From positions 4,096 to 68,095 of the forward strand of contig DASSBA010000153.1 of NCBI GenBank assembly GCA_035699205.1: a stretch of DNA of 64,000 bases, in the 5' to 3' direction. This document shows positions 35,663-45,394 of the stretch, piece after piece. This DNA is from Gemmatimonadales bacterium (GTDB lineage: Bacteria; Gemmatimonadota; Gemmatimonadetes; Gemmatimonadales; GWC2-71-9). A program made the position numbers and the translations under genes. The notes below the pieces were generated by a model, which saw only the letters and a list, made by a program, of their open reading frames with translations, made no database searches and was not told the origin of the DNA. Positions within the stretch are counted from its first letter, which is position 1; the number at the start of each line of letters is the position of its first letter.

Positions 35663-37519
35663 CTAGACCGGGGGGCGGTCCGTCCGGCGCCCGAGCACTC
35701 GCTTGACCTTGAGCCTGAGACGGCGGGTGCGGTGCGAGAGCCAGCCGGCCTCGCGCACCTGCTCCTCCTCCAGCAGTTGCTGCCAGGCCATCGCGATGCC
35801 GGTCCGGCCGAGATATCCGATCAGCTTGCGGGGGTCGTCGCGTGCCACCACCGGCAGCCGGCCGACTCCCCGGCGCACCATCTTGTCCACCGCCTCCTCC
35901 AGCATCTCATCGGGATAGGTCACGGCCGGCGAGGAGGTGCCCGCCTGCAGCACGGTGTGCGCCCCATCCTCCGCGCCCTCCAGGATCTGGAGCAGGTCGC
36001 CCCGGGTGACGAGGCCGACAAGCGCACCCTCCGCGTCCACCAGCGGCCACGCCTGGCGCCGGCCCAGGACCGGATCGTGGGCGGTCAGCATCCGGAGCAC
36101 CCGATCGACCTGCATGTCCGCGGGAATCGTCGGCACGTCGCGCTCCATCACATCTTCCACCCGGACCCGGGCGAGCGGGTTCACGATGTACTCCCGCATG
36201 ACGTGATAGCCCCGCCGGGCCACCTTCTCGGTGAGAATCGAGCGCCGCATGATCAACACGGTGACCATGTGGGCGGCGGCGCAGGCGACCAGCAGCCCGG
36301 GCAGCACCAGGATGTCGTCGGTCAGCTCCAGCATGAAGGCGACGGCCGTGAGCGGGGAGCGCATCGTGCCGCCCATGACCGCCGCCATGCTGATCATCGC
36401 CCAGAGCGCCGGATCGCCCAGCCGGATCCAGTGGGCCTCGAGCGCGCCGAGCGCCCCGCCCATGATGAGCAGCGGCGCGAGCACGCCCCCGGAGGTACCC
36501 GACCCCAGCGCTACGGCCCAGATCACGGCCTTCGTCAGCATCAGCCCGAACAGGGAGCTGCCGACCAGGCGGCCGTTGAGCAGGTCGGCGATCGTATCGT
36601 AGCCGACGCCGAGCGTGCGCGGATAGAGCAGCCCGCCCAGTCCGACGACCAGTCCTCCGATCACCGGCCACCACATGTAATGGAACGGGAGCTTGGTGAA
36701 GCCGTCCTCGCAGGTGTATACCAGCCAGGTCAAGAACCCCGAGCCGAATCCCGCCGCCACGCCGACGCCGAGCGAGATGAGCAGCTCCGGCCACGGAAGC
36801 GCGGGGTGCGGAGGCACCGCGAAGATCGGTCCTTGCCCCAGCAACGGGACCCGGAGCGCCGCGGCCACGGCGGCGGCCGCCGCCACCGGGATGAAGCTGC
36901 GGGGCTTCCACTCGAACAGGAGCAGCTCGACCGCGAGGAGGACCGCCGCGAGCGGCGTCGCGAAGATGGCGGCCATTCCCGCGGCGGCACCGGCGACGAG
37001 CAGCGTCTTCCGCTCGGCCGCGGAAAGATGGAACGCCTGGGCGAACAGCGATCCGAGTGCGCCGCCGGTCATGATGATCGGACCCTCGGCGCCGAACGGG
37101 CCGCCGGTGCCGATCGAGATTGCCGAAGAGATCGGCTTGAGGACGGCGACCTTCGCGCTCATCCGGCTGCGGCCGATGAGAATCGCCTCCATCGCCTCGG
37201 GGATCCCGTGGCCCCGGATGCGTTCGGAACCGTAGCGCGCCATGAGGCCGACGATCAGACCGCCGACCACGGGCACCAGCACCGCCGCCACCCCGAGCTG
37301 ATTGGTGGCCGGCGACACCAGCGCGGAGTCCAGACGGTGATAGTAGACGAGGTTGGTGATGGAGCCGATGAGCCAGACCAGCACGAAGGCCACCAGCGCG
37401 CCGAGAATGCCGACCACGGCGGCCATCGGCGTGAGAATCAGCAGGCGGGCGTCCGCGGTGAAGTCGCCCAGGCGGTCCTTGCCCCGGCGGGTGGCGCGCC
37501 GCTCCGGCGCTGCGGGCAT
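35663..37519 (-). CDS. ClC family voltage-gated anion channel/antiporter with C-terminal CBS pair
   Basis: Internal ATG 37519 gives MPAAPERRATRRGK. Motifs are RGHGIPEAM, GTGGPFGAEGP and GSGTSGGVLAP. The C-terminal CBS-like segments are VMERDVPTI and VDAEGALVGLVTRGDLL. The first 657 aa of track ORF 35663..39490 are out-of-frame read-through across the next gene. Confidence 0.88.
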   Translation of the reverse strand: MPAAPERRATRRGKDRLGDFTADARLLILTPMAAVVGILGALVAFVLVWLIGSITNLVYYHRLDSALVSPATNQLGVAAVLVPVVGGLIVGLMARYGSERIRGHGIPEAMEAILIGRSRMSAKVAVLKPISSAISIGTGGPFGAEGPIIMTGGALGSLFAQAFHLSAAERKTLLVAGAAAGMAAIFATPLAAVLLAVELLLFEWKPRSFIPVAAAAAVAAALRVPLLGQGPIFAVPPHPALPWPELLISLGVGVAAGFGSGFLTWLVYTCEDGFTKLPFHYMWWPVIGGLVVGLGGLLYPRTLGVGYDTIADLLNGRLVGSSLFGLMLTKAVIWAVALGSGTSGGVLAPLLIMGGALGALEAHWIRLGDPALWAMISMAAVMGGTMRSPLTAVAFMLELTDDILVLPGLLVACAAAHMVTVLIMRRSILTEKVARRGYHVMREYIVNPLARVRVEDVMERDVPTIPADMQVDRVLRMLTAHDPVLGRRQAWPLVDAEGALVGLVTRGDLLQILEGAEDGAHTVLQAGTSSPAVTYPDEMLEEAVDKMVRRGVGRLPVVARDDPRKLIGYLGRTGIAMAWQQLLEEEQVREAGWLSHRTRRLRLKVKRVLGRRTDRPPV

Positions 37520-37521
37520 GG

Positions 37522-39315
37522 TCAGCTCGGGGTCTTGGTCACGGGCGCGTCCTGCCACGGCATCAGGATGCTCCGTTCCGCCAGCGCGGAATCCTCCAGC
37601 CGGGACTGGTGAGCTTCGAGCAGATCGCTTCGGGTGATGATCCCGATCACTTTCGGCGGGCCCGCGCGGTGGATCACCGGCAGGCGGCCGACTTTCTCGT
37701 GGACCATGTGATCGGCGGCGTCCCGCAGTGTGTTGTCCGGGTAGATGACGACGGGCGGACGCTTGAGAACGGCCCCCACCCTCAGGTGGCGCGGCGCCTT
37801 GGGGTCGTCCAGGTCCCGGCGGGTCACGACCCCGACCAGCGTGCCGTCCGGGTTGACGACTGGAAAACCGTTGTGCGTCTTGCCGGCCACCGCGCCGGAT
37901 ACCCGTTCCAGTGCCGACTCGAGAGTCTCGTCCGCCTGGATCGTCACCACGTCGGCCGAGGCGTAGTCCCGCACCTGCAGCTGGTCCAGGTAGTCCACCG
38001 TATACTCGGTCGGGACCGGGGTGCCCCGGCGCGCCAACCGCTCGGTCATGATGGAGTGCCGCATGAGGAGGATCGACACCAGGTAGGCGGCGCTGCAGCC
38101 GCCAAGCAGGGGGAGCAGCCCCAGCGGCTGCCGGGTCGTCTCGAAGGCGAAGATGATCGAGGTGAGCAGCGCGTGAGAGGCACCGGAGAACATCGCGGCC
38201 ATGCCCACCAGCCCGGCGACCCGGATGTCGAACTGGAAGCCGGGAAACACCAGCATGCCCGCGGCCCCGAGCATGGAGCCGAGGCCGCCCCCGATGGTGA
38301 AGAGCGGCGCGAGCGTGCCGCCCGAGGTGCCGCTCCCCAGCGCCACCGACCAGGACACCAGCTTGAGCACGACCAGCCCCATCAACGTGTAGCCGATCAC
38401 CGAGCCCGAGAGGATCTGCTCGATGTTGTCGTACCCCACACCCAGCGTCCGGGGGTCGAAGAAGCCGACGATCCCGACGACCACCGCCCCCAGGGCCGGC
38501 CACCACATCCAGTGGATCGGCAGCCGCTCGAAGGCGTCCTCGATGGCGTAGACGGCGCGGGTGATGTAGACCGAGGCGAGCCCGACGATCGCGCCGAGCA
38601 GGACGTACGAGGCGAGCGCGGTGCCCGAGGGGCGGGCCAGATCGGGCATCTGGAAAATGGGCGCGGAGCCGTGAAAGCTCATCCGCACCGCCGCCGCGAC
38701 GGTGCTGGCCAGCGCGATCGGGATCAGCGACCGGGGCCGATACTCGAACACCAGCAGCTCGATGGCCAGCAGGATCGCCGAGACCGGACTTCCGAACGTG
38801 GCCGCCATGCCGGCGGCGGCTCCCGCGGCCAGCAGCACCTTGCGCTCGTCCGCCGTGATCTCCAGAAACTGGCCGATCAGGGAGCCCAGCGCCCCGCCGG
38901 TCGCGATGATGGGACCCTCGGCGCCGAACGGGCCGCCGGTGCCGATCGAGATCGCGGCCGAGAGCGGCTTGAGCAGGGTGACCCTGGCCGAAATCCGGGA
39001 CTGATTGTAGAGCACCCGCTCCATTGCCTCCGGAATGCCGTGGCCCCGGATGGCGGGCGAGCCGTATCGGGCCATGACGCCCACGACCAGCGCCCCCAGC
39101 ACCGGGATCACGATCACGGCGGCCCCGAGGGCATTGTCTCTCGGGGAGGTGAAGGCAAACGAGAACCGGCCGTAGAATCCGAGATTGGTGATCAGCCCGA
39201 TGAGCGCGATGAGCGCTTCCGCCGCGAGCGCGGCGAAGAACGCGATGGCGATCGCGATGGCGCTGATGACGATGATCCGGTGGCGGTCGCCCTCGTCCTG
39301 GCGGGGGACCCGCAT
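37522..39315 (-). CDS. ClC family anion channel/antiporter with C-terminal CBS pair (tandem paralogue)
   Basis: Internal ATG 39315 gives MRVPRQDEGDRH. Motifs are RGHGIPEAM, GTGGPFGAEGP and GSGTSGGTLAP, with CBS-like VNPDGTLVGVVTRRDL. A GTG about 80 nt upstream is an alternative start. The stop lies 2 nt upstream of the start codon of the downstream paralogue (35663-37519). Confidence 0.85.
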   Translation of the reverse strand: MRVPRQDEGDRHRIIVISAIAIAIAFFAALAAEALIALIGLITNLGFYGRFSFAFTSPRDNALGAAVIVIPVLGALVVGVMARYGSPAIRGHGIPEAMERVLYNQSRISARVTLLKPLSAAISIGTGGPFGAEGPIIATGGALGSLIGQFLEITADERKVLLAAGAAAGMAATFGSPVSAILLAIELLVFEYRPRSLIPIALASTVAAAVRMSFHGSAPIFQMPDLARPSGTALASYVLLGAIVGLASVYITRAVYAIEDAFERLPIHWMWWPALGAVVVGIVGFFDPRTLGVGYDNIEQILSGSVIGYTLMGLVVLKLVSWSVALGSGTSGGTLAPLFTIGGGLGSMLGAAGMLVFPGFQFDIRVAGLVGMAAMFSGASHALLTSIIFAFETTRQPLGLLPLLGGCSAAYLVSILLMRHSIMTERLARRGTPVPTEYTVDYLDQLQVRDYASADVVTIQADETLESALERVSGAVAGKTHNGFPVVNPDGTLVGVVTRRDLDDPKAPRHLRVGAVLKRPPVVIYPDNTLRDAADHMVHEKVGRLPVIHRAGPPKVIGIITRSDLLEAHQSRLEDSALAERSILMPWQDAPVTKTPS

Positions 39316-39519
39316 CGACTGGAGCGTCGGTCCGAGGGAAGGGGAGACCGGCAGCCCTTCGGTCGTCGACGCCCGCGAGGTTTCGTGATCGGTCACGGCA
39401 CCAACGTACTCTGTTCTCCGCGGCAGGGGCAAGCCGCCGGGCGCCGAACCCCGTCCGGCTGCCCGGCTGAGGGCAGTTAACTCCTTGCAATTCCGGTCCT
39501 TTAGCTCCATTCTCCAGCC

Positions 39520-40698
39520 GTGAAACTGGCCCACATCGCCGACCCGCATCTTGGCATCCGGCAGTACCACCGGCAGACCGCCAGCGGCATCAATCAGCGC
39601 GAAGCCGATGTCGCCCAGGCGTTCCGCGCGGCGGTGGACGGCGTGCTGGAAGCGCGCCCGGACGCGGTCGTCGTGGCCGGCGACCTGTTCCACTCGGTCC
39701 GCCCCACCAACGCGGCCATCGTCTTCGCCTTCCGGCAGTTCCAGCGCCTGCGCGAGGCGCTCCCGGGAGCGCCGATCGTGCTCATCGCGGGCAATCACGA
39801 CACCCCCCGGTCCACCGAGACCGGCTCCATCCTCCGCCTGTTCGAGGAGCTGGGGGTGGACGTCGCCGTGGACGAGGCGCGGCGGCTGGTCTACCCGGCA
39901 CTCGATCTGGCCGTGCTGGCGGTGCCGCACCAGGCGCTCGTGAGCGGTGCGCGTCCGTCGCTCCGGCCCGAGGGTGGTGAACGGCATCGGGTGATGGTGC
40001 TCCACGGCGAGGTCGAGGGCGTCTTCCCCGCGGACCGAAGCGCGGCCGAGTATGGTGGCGCGCTCCTCGGGCTGGAGGAGATGGCGCCCGCGGAGTGGAG
40101 CTACGTGGCCCTGGGCCACTACCACGTCCAGCACGAGGTGGTGCCGCGGGTCTGGTACGCCGGCTCGCTGGAGTACGTGAGCCCCAACCTCTGGGGTGAG
40201 CTGGTGGAGGAGGCGGAGCACGGATCGCCCGGCAAGGGGTGGCTGCTGGCGGATCTCGAACGCGGCACCACGGAGCGCCGGTCGATCCCGCTCGTCCGGC
40301 CGATCCTGGACCTCGAGCCGATCGAAGCCGAGGGGCTCTCCCCGGCGGCGGTCGACGGCCTCATCGCCGGGCGGGCGGGTGCCATCCCGGGCGGTGTCCA
40401 CGACAAGATCGTCCGGCTCCGGGTGTGGAATATTCCCCGCCACGTGGGCCGGGAGCTCGACCACTCGGCCATCCGCGCCCTCAAGTCGGCGGCCCTCCAC
40501 TTCCACCTCGACTTGCGCCGGCCGGACATCCACCGCACCGTGGGCATGGGCGCGCCCGGGCGGAGGCAGACGCTTCCGGAGCTGGTGCGCGCGTACCTCG
40601 AGCGTCGACCCCTGCCGGCCGAGCTCGACCGGGAGGCGTTCGTCCGTCTGGGCGAGACGCTCATCGACGGCGTCGAACGCGACCTGGCGGGCACCTGA
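39520..40698 (+). CDS. sbcD: DNA repair exonuclease SbcD (Mre11-type calcineurin-like phosphoesterase)
   Basis: GTG start gives MKLAHIADPHLG. Also VVVAGDLFH, LIAGNHD, VLHGEVEG and ALGHYH. Confidence 0.88.
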   Translation: MKLAHIADPHLGIRQYHRQTASGINQREADVAQAFRAAVDGVLEARPDAVVVAGDLFHSVRPTNAAIVFAFRQFQRLREALPGAPIVLIAGNHDTPRSTETGSILRLFEELGVDVAVDEARRLVYPALDLAVLAVPHQALVSGARPSLRPEGGERHRVMVLHGEVEGVFPADRSAAEYGGALLGLEEMAPAEWSYVALGHYHVQHEVVPRVWYAGSLEYVSPNLWGELVEEAEHGSPGKGWLLADLERGTTERRSIPLVRPILDLEPIEAEGLSPAAVDGLIAGRAGAIPGGVHDKIVRLRVWNIPRHVGRELDHSAIRALKSAALHFHLDLRRPDIHRTVGMGAPGRRQTLPELVRAYLERRPLPAELDREAFVRLGETLIDGVERDLAGT

Positions 40699-43118
40699 TG
40701 CAGATCAACCGGCTCCGCCTCTGCAATTTCCGCCAGCACGAGAACACCGACCTCGAGCTCGGCGCGGGGCTGACGGGCATCATCGGGCCGAATGGTGCCG
40801 GGAAGACCACGCTGCTCGAGGCGATCGCCTGGGCGATGTACGGCATGCCCGCCGCGCGCGGCAGCCGTGATACGATCCGGCGACGCGGAGCGCCGCCGCG
40901 CTCGCGGGTGGAGGTCGAGCTGGAGTTCAGCCTCGGGGCGCATCAGTACCGCATTCTGCGGACGCTCAACAACGCCGAGCTCTACCAGGACGGCGACCCG
41001 GCGCCGATCGCGAACTCCATCGGCGCCGTGACCGAGCGGGTCACCCGCCTGCTCGGCATGACGCGCGACGAGTTCTTCAATACGTACTTTACGGGGCAGA
41101 AGGAGCTCGCCGTCATGGCCGCCATGTCGGCGCCCGAGCGCGCGCAATTCCTTTCCCGTGTGCTCGGCTACGAGCGCATCCGGGCGGCGCAGGACCGCCT
41201 GAAGGAGCGCCGATCCGCCCTGCGCGCGCGCCACGATGCCCTCCGGGCCGGGCTCGGCGACCTGGCGGAGATCGAGGCCGCCGAGACCCGCGCGCGCGAG
41301 CGCGTGGCCGCCGCCGGAGCCGCGGAATCGGCGGCGGCGGACGCGGCTTCCGTCGCCGAGCGGCGGCTGGGCGAGGTGCGCCCCCGCTGGGAACAGCTCC
41401 AACAGCTCCGCGACACGGCGCGCGCCCTCGAGGGCGAGCTCCGGCTGGCTCAGCACCAGTTGGCCGCGGCCACGGAACGCGCGGCACGGCTGCGGAGCCA
41501 GGCGGAGGAGGCCGCCGGCGCCGAACGGAAGCTCGAGGAGGTGGGACGGCGGCTCGCGCCGCTCCAGGCACTCCGTGAGGAGGCCGGCGCGCTGGAGCGG
41601 CAGGCGGAGGCCCACGCGCAGCGTCAGGGCGTGCTGGCACAGCTCGAGGACGTGCGCCGCCACCTGGGCTCGCTGGAGGGGCGGCTGGCCCGGCTCCCCG
41701 AAGCGCCCCGGCTCGAGGGCGCGCGCGTGCGGGTCAATGACCTGCGCGCCTCGATCACGACCGTGACCCTGGACGGCGAGACGCTGCGCTCCGCCTGGGT
41801 GCGCGACGCGCAGGATGCCAGGACCAAACGCCAGGGGCTGCTCGACCAGTACCAGGAGCTGAAGGAGCAGCGCCAGCGCATCGTGGAGGCGGGCCCCGAG
41901 GGGCAGTGTCCCACCTGCGCGCGGCCGCTCGGGACCGAATACGCCAAGGTGCTCGAGCTGCTCGACCGCCAGATGGGGGAGGTCGTCGCCAACGGCAATT
42001 TTTACAAGCAGCGCATCGAGCAGCTCCAGATCGAGCCGAAGGAGCTCGACGAAGCGGACCGCCTGCGGCTCGCGCTCGAGGCGGAGCTCGCGGCGGCAAT
42101 GAGCGAGCTGGGCCGGCTCGACGCGCAGGCACAGGAGGGCGGGGTGCTCGAGGGCGAGCGCCAGCGGCTGCTTCCCCGGCTCCAGGAGCTGGAAGCGGCA
42201 CTCGAGCGGCTGCGCGGCGCCTACGATCAGGGTCGCCACCGGGCGGTCGCGGCCGGCATCCGCGAGCTCGAGCCGCTCGCGCTCCAGGCCGAGCGGCTGC
42301 GCGCGGTGGCCGACCGGGGCGCCGGCGTGTCGGCCGAGCTCGCGGCCGCGGAGGCCGAGCGCGCCGTCGCGGCGGGACGGGACGCGGAGTTCGCGGCCCG
42401 TCTCGGCGAGCTCGGGTATACCGAGCAGGTCTACCACGAGGCCCGCGATGCGGCGGCGGCGGCCGAGCGGGCGCGTGGGGAGGCCGAGCTCGCGCTCGTG
42501 CGCGCCCGGGGCGAGTCGGCGGCGGCGGCGGAGGCGGTGGCCGCCGCGGCGCGGCGCCGGGCCGAACGGGCGGAGCGCGAGCGGGAAGCGAAGGCCGCCG
42601 GCGCCGAGCTCGCCCTGCATCAGGAGCTCGACCGCGCCCTCACCGATCTCCGGACTGATCTGAACGCGACGCTCCGCCCGGACCTGTCGGAGCTCGCCTC
42701 CGGGTTCCTGCGCGACCTGACCAACGGCCGGTACACGGACCTGGAGCTCGACGAGGACTACGGTGCCACGCTCCTCGATGACGGCGACCCGAAGGCGGTC
42801 ATCTCCGGCGGCGAGGAGGACGTTGCCAACCTCGCGCTCCGGCTGGCCATCAGCCAGATGATCGCCGAGCGGGCGGGGCAGCCGCTCTCGCTCCTCATCC
42901 TGGACGAGATCTTCGGCTCGCTGGACGAGGACCGCCGCGCCGCCGTGGTGGATCTGCTGAGGAGCCTGGCCGACCGGTTCCCGCAGGTCATCCTCATCAC
43001 CCACATCGACTCGGTGCGCGAGGGCTTCGATCGCGTGGTGCGCGTGGGCTACGATCTGGCGCGGGGCGTGGCTATGGTGAGCGACGAGCCAGCGGGAGGC
43101 CACGATGTGGCGGCCTGA
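40698..43118 (+). CDS. sbcC: DNA repair ATPase SbcC (Rad50-type SMC-like with zinc hook)
   Basis: ATG 40698 overlaps the sbcD TGA by 1 nt and gives MQINRLRLCNFRQH. Walker A is GPNGAGKTT. Long Ala/Glu/Arg coiled coils flank the CxxC hook EGQCPTCARPL. Signature ISGGEEDVANLALRLA, Walker B LLILDEIFGSLD. Confidence 0.88.
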   Translation: MQINRLRLCNFRQHENTDLELGAGLTGIIGPNGAGKTTLLEAIAWAMYGMPAARGSRDTIRRRGAPPRSRVEVELEFSLGAHQYRILRTLNNAELYQDGDPAPIANSIGAVTERVTRLLGMTRDEFFNTYFTGQKELAVMAAMSAPERAQFLSRVLGYERIRAAQDRLKERRSALRARHDALRAGLGDLAEIEAAETRARERVAAAGAAESAAADAASVAERRLGEVRPRWEQLQQLRDTARALEGELRLAQHQLAAATERAARLRSQAEEAAGAERKLEEVGRRLAPLQALREEAGALERQAEAHAQRQGVLAQLEDVRRHLGSLEGRLARLPEAPRLEGARVRVNDLRASITTVTLDGETLRSAWVRDAQDARTKRQGLLDQYQELKEQRQRIVEAGPEGQCPTCARPLGTEYAKVLELLDRQMGEVVANGNFYKQRIEQLQIEPKELDEADRLRLALEAELAAAMSELGRLDAQAQEGGVLEGERQRLLPRLQELEAALERLRGAYDQGRHRAVAAGIRELEPLALQAERLRAVADRGAGVSAELAAAEAERAVAAGRDAEFAARLGELGYTEQVYHEARDAAAAAERARGEAELALVRARGESAAAAEAVAAAARRRAERAEREREAKAAGAELALHQELDRALTDLRTDLNATLRPDLSELASGFLRDLTNGRYTDLELDEDYGATLLDDGDPKAVISGGEEDVANLALRLAISQMIAERAGQPLSLLILDEIFGSLDEDRRAAVVDLLRSLADRFPQVILITHIDSVREGFDRVVRVGYDLARGVAMVSDEPAGGHDVAA

Positions 43119-44061
43119 CCGCAGTCTGCGCGGCCCCGAGCGGCCGACCCTCCGGGATATCGAGCCGCTCAATCGGGTGTTCGCGGACGCGTTCACCGAC
43201 CGCTACGGCCGGGACGGTCTCGTCGGCGTGCGGGTGCCGCACCTCAACACCCTCGTGTGGCGCTACGCCCTGGAGGACGCGGGCGACGGCGCGATGATCT
43301 GGCGGGACGCGGAGGGGCGGCTCGTGGCATTCAACATGGTCCATCGTTCCGGCACCGAGGGCTGGATGGGCCCGCTCGCCGTCCGCCCCGACCGGCAGGG
43401 CGAGGGGCTCGGCTCCACGATGGTGCGGATCGGCATCGACTGGCTCAAGGGCCAGGGCGCCGGCACGATCGGCCTGGAGACGATGCCCCGCACGGTCGAA
43501 AACATCGGCTTCTACAGCCGGCTCGGCCTCGTGCCCGGCCGGCTCACGGTGACGCTGGTGCACGATGTGCCGCGCCGGTTGGCCGGTGCGCCCGAGCTTC
43601 TGTCCGCCGCCGGCCATCAGCTCTCGCGGCGGCTGGAGGAGTGCCGGCGGCTGACGCACGAGCTCGCGCCTGGCGTGGATTTCTCGCGCGAGATCACCCT
43701 CACCCGCGACCTCGGTATCGGCGACACCACGCTGGTGCGCGACGGCGGCGAACTCCTCGGGTTCGCTCTCTGGCACTCGACGCCCCTCGCGGCGGGCCGG
43801 GGCAAGGACGAGGTACGGGTGCTCAAGCTCGTCGCCCGGGATGCCGCCGGCTTCGAGCGCCTGCTCGATGCACTGCACGGCGCGGCCGCAGGGGAGCGGG
43901 TCGGCCGGATCGCGATCCGCTGCCAGACCGAGTACGCGGAGGCCTACCTCCGCCTCATCGCGGCGGGGTATCGGGTGCACTGGACCGACCTGCGGATGCT
44001 CCTGCAGGGGTTTCCGCCGAGCGCCCGGGAAGGGATCGTGCTGTCGAACTGGGAGATCTGA
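43105..44061 (+). CDS. GNAT family N-acetyltransferase (two-domain)
   Basis: GPLAVRPDRQGEGLGSTMVRIGIDWLKGQGA is the acetyl-CoA motif A (Q/RxxGxG/A). It overlaps the sbcC end by 14 nt. Confidence 0.8.
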   Translation: MWRPDRSLRGPERPTLRDIEPLNRVFADAFTDRYGRDGLVGVRVPHLNTLVWRYALEDAGDGAMIWRDAEGRLVAFNMVHRSGTEGWMGPLAVRPDRQGEGLGSTMVRIGIDWLKGQGAGTIGLETMPRTVENIGFYSRLGLVPGRLTVTLVHDVPRRLAGAPELLSAAGHQLSRRLEECRRLTHELAPGVDFSREITLTRDLGIGDTTLVRDGGELLGFALWHSTPLAAGRGKDEVRVLKLVARDAAGFERLLDALHGAAAGERVGRIAIRCQTEYAEAYLRLIAAGYRVHWTDLRMLLQGFPPSAREGIVLSNWEI

Positions 44062-44064
44062 GCC

Positions 44065-45216
44065 TCAGCCGGCGCTCGCGCCCCGGTAGTCGAGCGCGGC
44101 CGCCTCGGGTCGCCTGGTGGCGGCCAGCACGTCGTGGTAAACCGCCAGCGTTTTCGCCACGCTGTGGCCCAGGGTGAAGAGCTCTTCGTAGCGGGTGCGG
44201 CCGTTGGCTCCCAATCGGGCCCGCAGCGCGGGATCCGCGAGCAGGCGCCCCAGGCGGTCGCGGAGCGATTCCGCGTCCCGGCGGGGCACGAGATAGCCGG
44301 TTTCGCCCTCCTGAATGGCCTCCGACACTCCGCCGACCGACGAAGCCACCACCGGCAAGCCCGCCCGCATCGCCTCGAGGATGCTCAACGGAAATCCTTC
44401 CCAGTTGGTCGCCAGCAGGGCCACTTGTGCCTCGGCCAGAAGCTGCCCCACATCCATCCGCTGCCCCAGGAGGCGCACGCGGGATGCGAGCCCGAGTGAG
44501 CCCGCCAGCGCCTTCATCTGACCGACGAGCGGCCCATCCCCGATGAGGTCCAGCTCCCAGGGCTGGTCCTGGAGGCCCGCGAGTGCCCGAAGCAGCGTCG
44601 GATGATCCTTCTGGGCACCGAAGCGAGCAACCATCACGAGCCGGGGCGGCGTGCGGCTCGGAACGGCCCGCAGATCCGGGGATACGTCGGCGATGCCGTT
44701 GTGCACCGTGATCAGACGATCCGGGCCGGCGATTCGGGCATCCAGTGCGAGCTGGCGGTCGAACTCCGATACGGTGATGATCTTGCCGGCGAGCGGTGCG
44801 ACCGAGCGCTCGAGGCGACGGTACACCGCGGCCTGCCATGCCGGGATGCCGGGCGTGAAGGTCCAGCCGTGGGCCGTATACACCACGGGGATGCGCAGCG
44901 CCCGGCCGACCAGGCGGGCCAGGATGCCCGCCTTCGCGGAATGCGCGTGGATCAGGTCGGGGCGCGACTCCGCAACCACCGCATGAATCTCCCGCAATGC
45001 CAGCAGATCACCTATCGGCGCGATCGGGACGGTGAGGTGCCGCAGGACCCTTGTCGGCACTCCCTGCTCGCGCAACTGATCGACGAAGGGCCCGTCGCCA
45101 CCGGTGAGCACGGTGGCCGAATGGTCTCCCGCGCGAACCGAGACGGCGAGATCCCGCACGTGGATCTGGGCGCCCCCGATGGGGTCCGCGCGCGTTACGA
45201 CGTAGCAGATCCTCAC
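44065..45216 (-). CDS. Glycosyltransferase family 4
   Basis: GTG 45216 gives VRICYVVTRADPIGGAQIHVRDLA. Also IHAHSAKAGILARL and NWEGFPLSILEAMRAGLPVVASSVGGVSEAI. An alternative GTG lies at 45231. Confidence 0.85.
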   Translation of the reverse strand: MRICYVVTRADPIGGAQIHVRDLAVSVRAGDHSATVLTGGDGPFVDQLREQGVPTRVLRHLTVPIAPIGDLLALREIHAVVAESRPDLIHAHSAKAGILARLVGRALRIPVVYTAHGWTFTPGIPAWQAAVYRRLERSVAPLAGKIITVSEFDRQLALDARIAGPDRLITVHNGIADVSPDLRAVPSRTPPRLVMVARFGAQKDHPTLLRALAGLQDQPWELDLIGDGPLVGQMKALAGSLGLASRVRLLGQRMDVGQLLAEAQVALLATNWEGFPLSILEAMRAGLPVVASSVGGVSEAIQEGETGYLVPRRDAESLRDRLGRLLADPALRARLGANGRTRYEELFTLGHSVAKTLAVYHDVLAATRRPEAAALDYRGASAG

Positions 45217-45394
45217 GTCATCCACCTCCACTGGTCGGGGCCACGGACTCCGTCGGATTCGGGAGCAGCCGGGGCTCGACCGGCGAGAATAATACCACGG
45301 GCTGCCCAGCCCCCGGACCGGGACGGCCCCAAGCAGTGTAACGGGACTGTCCGATGTCAGAAAATGTACGGCACCGACATTTGGGGCTGGCGGC

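Noticed and set aside
35663-39490. Apparent 1275-aa giant ORF, and the 1003-aa ORF 37522..40533.
   Set aside because: Only the C-terminal 618 aa (respectively 597 aa) carry ClC/CBS motifs. The N-terminal parts are low-complexity read-through, out of frame with the neighbouring ClC gene or antisense to sbcD. I split them into two ordinary ClC genes with internal ATG starts.
39520-44061. SbcD/SbcC plus GNAT as a defence-type SMC system (Lamassu or Wadjet-like).
   Set aside because: The motifs are those of canonical SbcCD (a full Mre11 phosphoesterase motif set and a Rad50 zinc hook CPTC). No other defence-associated genes are adjacent. A housekeeping repair role is the simpler reading.
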